From positions 37,950,401-38,014,400 of the forward strand of contig CM120641.1 of the NCBI GenBank assembly GCA_051362555.1: a stretch of 64,000 nt of DNA. The letters are read 5' to 3'. A program made the translations under genes and the position numbers. Below, piece by piece: positions 60,417-64,000 of the stretch. Source of the stretch: Lingula anatina (lineage: Eukaryota; Animalia; Brachiopoda). Positions within the stretch are counted from its first letter, which is position 1; each line of letters starts with the position of its first letter. Under the pieces are notes generated by a model that saw only the letters and a program-made list of their open reading frames with translations, searched no databases and was not told where the DNA came from.

Positions 60417-63400
60417 CTAAATGCTGCTACTTCCAACAGACTTTTGCTCTAGGAAAAGAGACTTGTAAGCACTTTCCTGTTCGTCAACAATTTCTCTGAA
60501 AAGATGGGATTCTTGTTATTAGAAACTTCTTGGGATCTTGGTTTTGATCAGTTTTATTGGTCAAAAAATCTTCAAGTTGTTAAGAAAAATAAATATGTCA
60601 ACAAATTATTCCTGTTTGATTGTGAGTAATTTGTCAATTGCTGAAAGAGTCAAAAACACATATTTTTTGTAGATCCACTTACTGTCAATAAGCAATAACT
60701 TACTTGCTCATGTAGAAGAATATGTACCCAGTTGTTGCCCTGTCTGTGCGTACCCTTCTCTCTGAGACCTTGGCGACCTCTATATCATCATAACTATACC
60801 AGCTTTTCTTTTTAAGATCATACACATCACTGTTATAGTGACCTGAAAAAAATACGACAGTCAACTTTTAAGCATTTGTTCTTAATACATACATGATATC
60901 ATACATAATATTTAATATTGATAATGCATATTACAGAGAGTCATCAATCAATTTTGGACTGAAAATGAGGTTTCTAAACAACAATCACTTACGTCTATAT
61001 TTCAATGAAGATTTATAATGGGTAAAAACAAAAATTCAAGCAGTACTAATGAATCTTGTTTCAAAACCATAAATAACATACCAAAGGAAGAGTTACTGCC
61101 TAGATGGTTGACAATGCTCATTAATCTGTAAGAGTAGGGCATGTCTCCCTGCTGAAATAACAATTATACAGGTTTGGTAGATTTATTATCCCCTTTCAAT
61201 AAACAACAATCACTTATAACTTAAAAATGGCACACACTGTAGAAGTTGTGTTCAAAATCTGATAACCTTAAACCTACAACAGTGCAGTTTTTTATGAGAA
61301 ATTTTCTGCTGTTCCCTCTATACAAGTTTAATTGAAATTTGCTTTGGGCTTTGCCTTATACCCAGAGAAACAGAAAAAACTATGATGCTGCAAACATGAT
61401 TGTCCTTGATTACCTCCATGTTATGTTTTAGTTTCTCTTGATACCATTTATCATCACTGTCTGAAGTCGACTCGTTTTCAATATCCTCCTCTTCTGTGTC
61501 ATAGTTAGCCATAACACCAGCTGGGTAGGCGTCTGAGAAGAAATTGTACTTTTTTTTTATTATTCTTTTTTTTTTGAAAAATACATTATTAAATAATACA
61601 TTGATATGTTCTCACTAAAATTCTTCCTTTGTATGCTTTTTGTTTCTTATGTTCAATCTCCCTTTTCATATTTTATTCTCAATCCAAACAAACACTCATG
61701 CAGCTATTCAAAAAGCTTATACCTTTCAAGCTAAGCTCCATGGCTTTTCTTAACTGTTCGTCCTCCAAATCTTTATCAAAATCCCTTGGCTGAAAAAAAA
61801 AGGAAAAATGTTTTATAAGGAATTACCACAAATAGTCAAGAATATGGTGTAATTAGCAAACTGAAGAATTCTGTCTACCATAGCAATCTGAATTAGATAT
61901 TTTTATACTTGTGAACATTTAATCACATTTCGCCATCTAGCATATCACATCACATCACATTACATTTCGCCATCCAGCACTGTTCTACCTGTTCTTTCAT
62001 GTCTTCAATACTTTTTTTAATAGCCTCTTTCATTGCTTCATCTTCTTGCATTCTTTGGTGATCCCTTATCCAATCGGGGTCCTTGGATTCATTGTGGGAT
62101 TCTTTGTCTACAAAATCAACATCAGAATAGTTGGAAGATTTTGGTTTTCATTAGAGCCAATACTAATAAAAATTTTAAAATATATCATATAAAATGCTCA
62201 GTGGTTTAAGCAGATTGTGAACATTATGCAAACAGTGCAATATAAATAATACAACATAATAAAATAAGTTTGATCTTGAACAAAATAGAACTCATTCATA
62301 CCTTTTGTGCCAGTGACAGGAGGTTTCTTTTCCACTGAGCGCTTCAAATTTTTCAGTGAGTAAGTTTGAGTTGTCATCTTTAAAGGTGTGGAAGACGTGA
62401 AGTCAATTTCATGTTCACTGCTGCTTTTAGCCGTATCACTGCTAATAATTATTTCTGGTGGCAGATCATGAACTACTGCCTCATTTTTTCTCTTAGAGTT
62501 AGGCACTTGGACATCTTGTTTTTCCTGCTGCCTGGTATCAATTTGATTATCATAATAATCAAGAACACTTTCCTTTGAACCACCTTTTAACTGAAAGGGA
62601 TTTTCTGGATTTGATGCATCGTCAAATGCCACATTGTCCATGTCAATGTCATTATGCTCAGAAATAAGCTGTAAAGTGCTTCCAGTTTCTGGATCCTGGG
62701 AGTTTTTCACATCTTCTGCCTCTTGTAAACTCATTTCCAGTGCTGCTTGGAGCTGGTCCTCTTCACTCAGGCTTTCAATGTTACTGCTTTCTACTGAAAT
62801 AACCATTTAACATTAATAAAATTTACAGCAATTTCAATAATGTCAATAATGAAGATGACAGCATCTCCTTAAGGATTTCAGCAAACTTGTACACTTTATC
62901 ACCCATTCTTTACTTGAAACAGTGACAAGGCTGTCTTTATTCTGAAAGAAAGACAGTTTTGTGCATATTACTGCAAAGAAAATCTTCCTTACAATTCAGC
63001 TATCTTTGAAACTGAACCTGGAAAGTCAGAACTCAGTTTCCTACCTATATAATCCATCCAGCACTCCTACAATAAACATATTTGATGTATTACTTACTAA
63101 TAAACTGACTTTCATGCCTGTCCAGTTCACTGCTCATCTGTTTTTCTGCTTCACTGCCCATATCATACTGCACAGCCTCAGCTGTCTTCTGCTTCTGCAA
63201 TATAACAATTTAACCCCTAAAGTTAAACAGCAAAAAGATATATGTTATCAAAAAAAAAAAAAAAAAATTAAGTTACATATGGCTTCATCAGAAAAAATAG
63301 AGACAAAACAAAGTTAGTCCACCTGTCCCACTAATATTTTAAGTTTTCTTGCAACTTTAATCATAATATATAGAGAGATAAAAATAAATTTAATTTCAAA

Positions 63401-63815
63401 AAATGAATAATTAATCATCTCATGCAACTAAAAAGTGTTTTTTGAGACATTATTAAGTTTTTTCTAATCTAAATATGTTGCACATACTTCTGCTTTACCA
63501 AGACTGAGCTGAATTGCTCGGTCAAGTTCTTCAGCTTCATTAGCACTGGGATCTTTCACGTTCTCCATTTTGCTCAGCTCAATTGCCTAAAACAAAATCA
63601 TCAATAAGGTATAATTAACTCTAATGCTTTTAGAATGTATTACAGTAACCGTTTTATGGATTCAGAGAAAGGCATCACACATTTTTTTTACCTTTTTAAG
63701 TTCCATATCCTCTTTTGAAGTCTCATGTTTGCTGAGTTCCAAAACTTTTTGCACAGAGTCGTTGTCTGAATCAGAGGCTGGAGGCCGTATACGTTGGAAT
63801 TTATACTTCTTCTCA
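60417..63815 (-). CDS. USP37: Ubiquitin C-terminal hydrolase 37-like, 3' part; gene continues beyond the window
   Basis: His box YSYRLMSIVNHLGSNSSF/GHYNSDVYDLKRKAWYSYDD...GYIFFYM and UIM motifs inserted in the catalytic domain (EEDQLQAALEMSLQE, EDEQLRKAMELSLK, EAEELDRAIQLSL). Stop at 60417-19. Confidence 0.9.
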
Positions 63816-64000
63816 CTACAACAACAAACAAAAGCAAAATAATAAAACAAAAGTTTAAAAAATGTTTTGCATACTGTATACAAATCAAGTTTACAGACAC
63901 CAAGTTTTGTGTGTATTTTTAGTTTAAATCGTGACTCTCAATATTACCATACACTAAAATTAAAATACTAAATGTAATGTACACAGAGATACCCATAGCA

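Overview
Intron-rich, AT-rich animal genomic DNA; the repeat types suggest a marine invertebrate such as a mollusc or other lophotrochozoan (inference only). Seven protein-coding genes: the 3' end of GMPPA (+), a SOCS7-like gene (-) head-to-head with NOP58 (+), KIF9 (-) head-to-head with a ~34 kb ALS2/alsin gene (+), an alpha-arrestin with an intronless CDS nested antisense in ALS2 intron 1, and the 3' part of USP37 (-). NOP58 introns host box C/D snoRNAs, including a clear SNORD70 homolog. ALS2 introns hold a CACTA/EnSpm-like element with a nested degenerate LTR element, an internally deleted Gypsy element, a Helentron-type element carrying a ~162-bp satellite-like array, and several MITEs. 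The most interesting candidate is in NOP58 intron 5: an orphan C/D-like structured RNA whose C box can be sequestered in a hairpin. It lies between the normal splice donor and a cryptic donor whose use would introduce a stop, and its guide is complementary to the host start-codon region. This is a possible SNORD86-like autoregulatory switch and remains a hypothesis. All coordinates were read by eye, and family assignments come from recalled sequence knowledge, not database searches.
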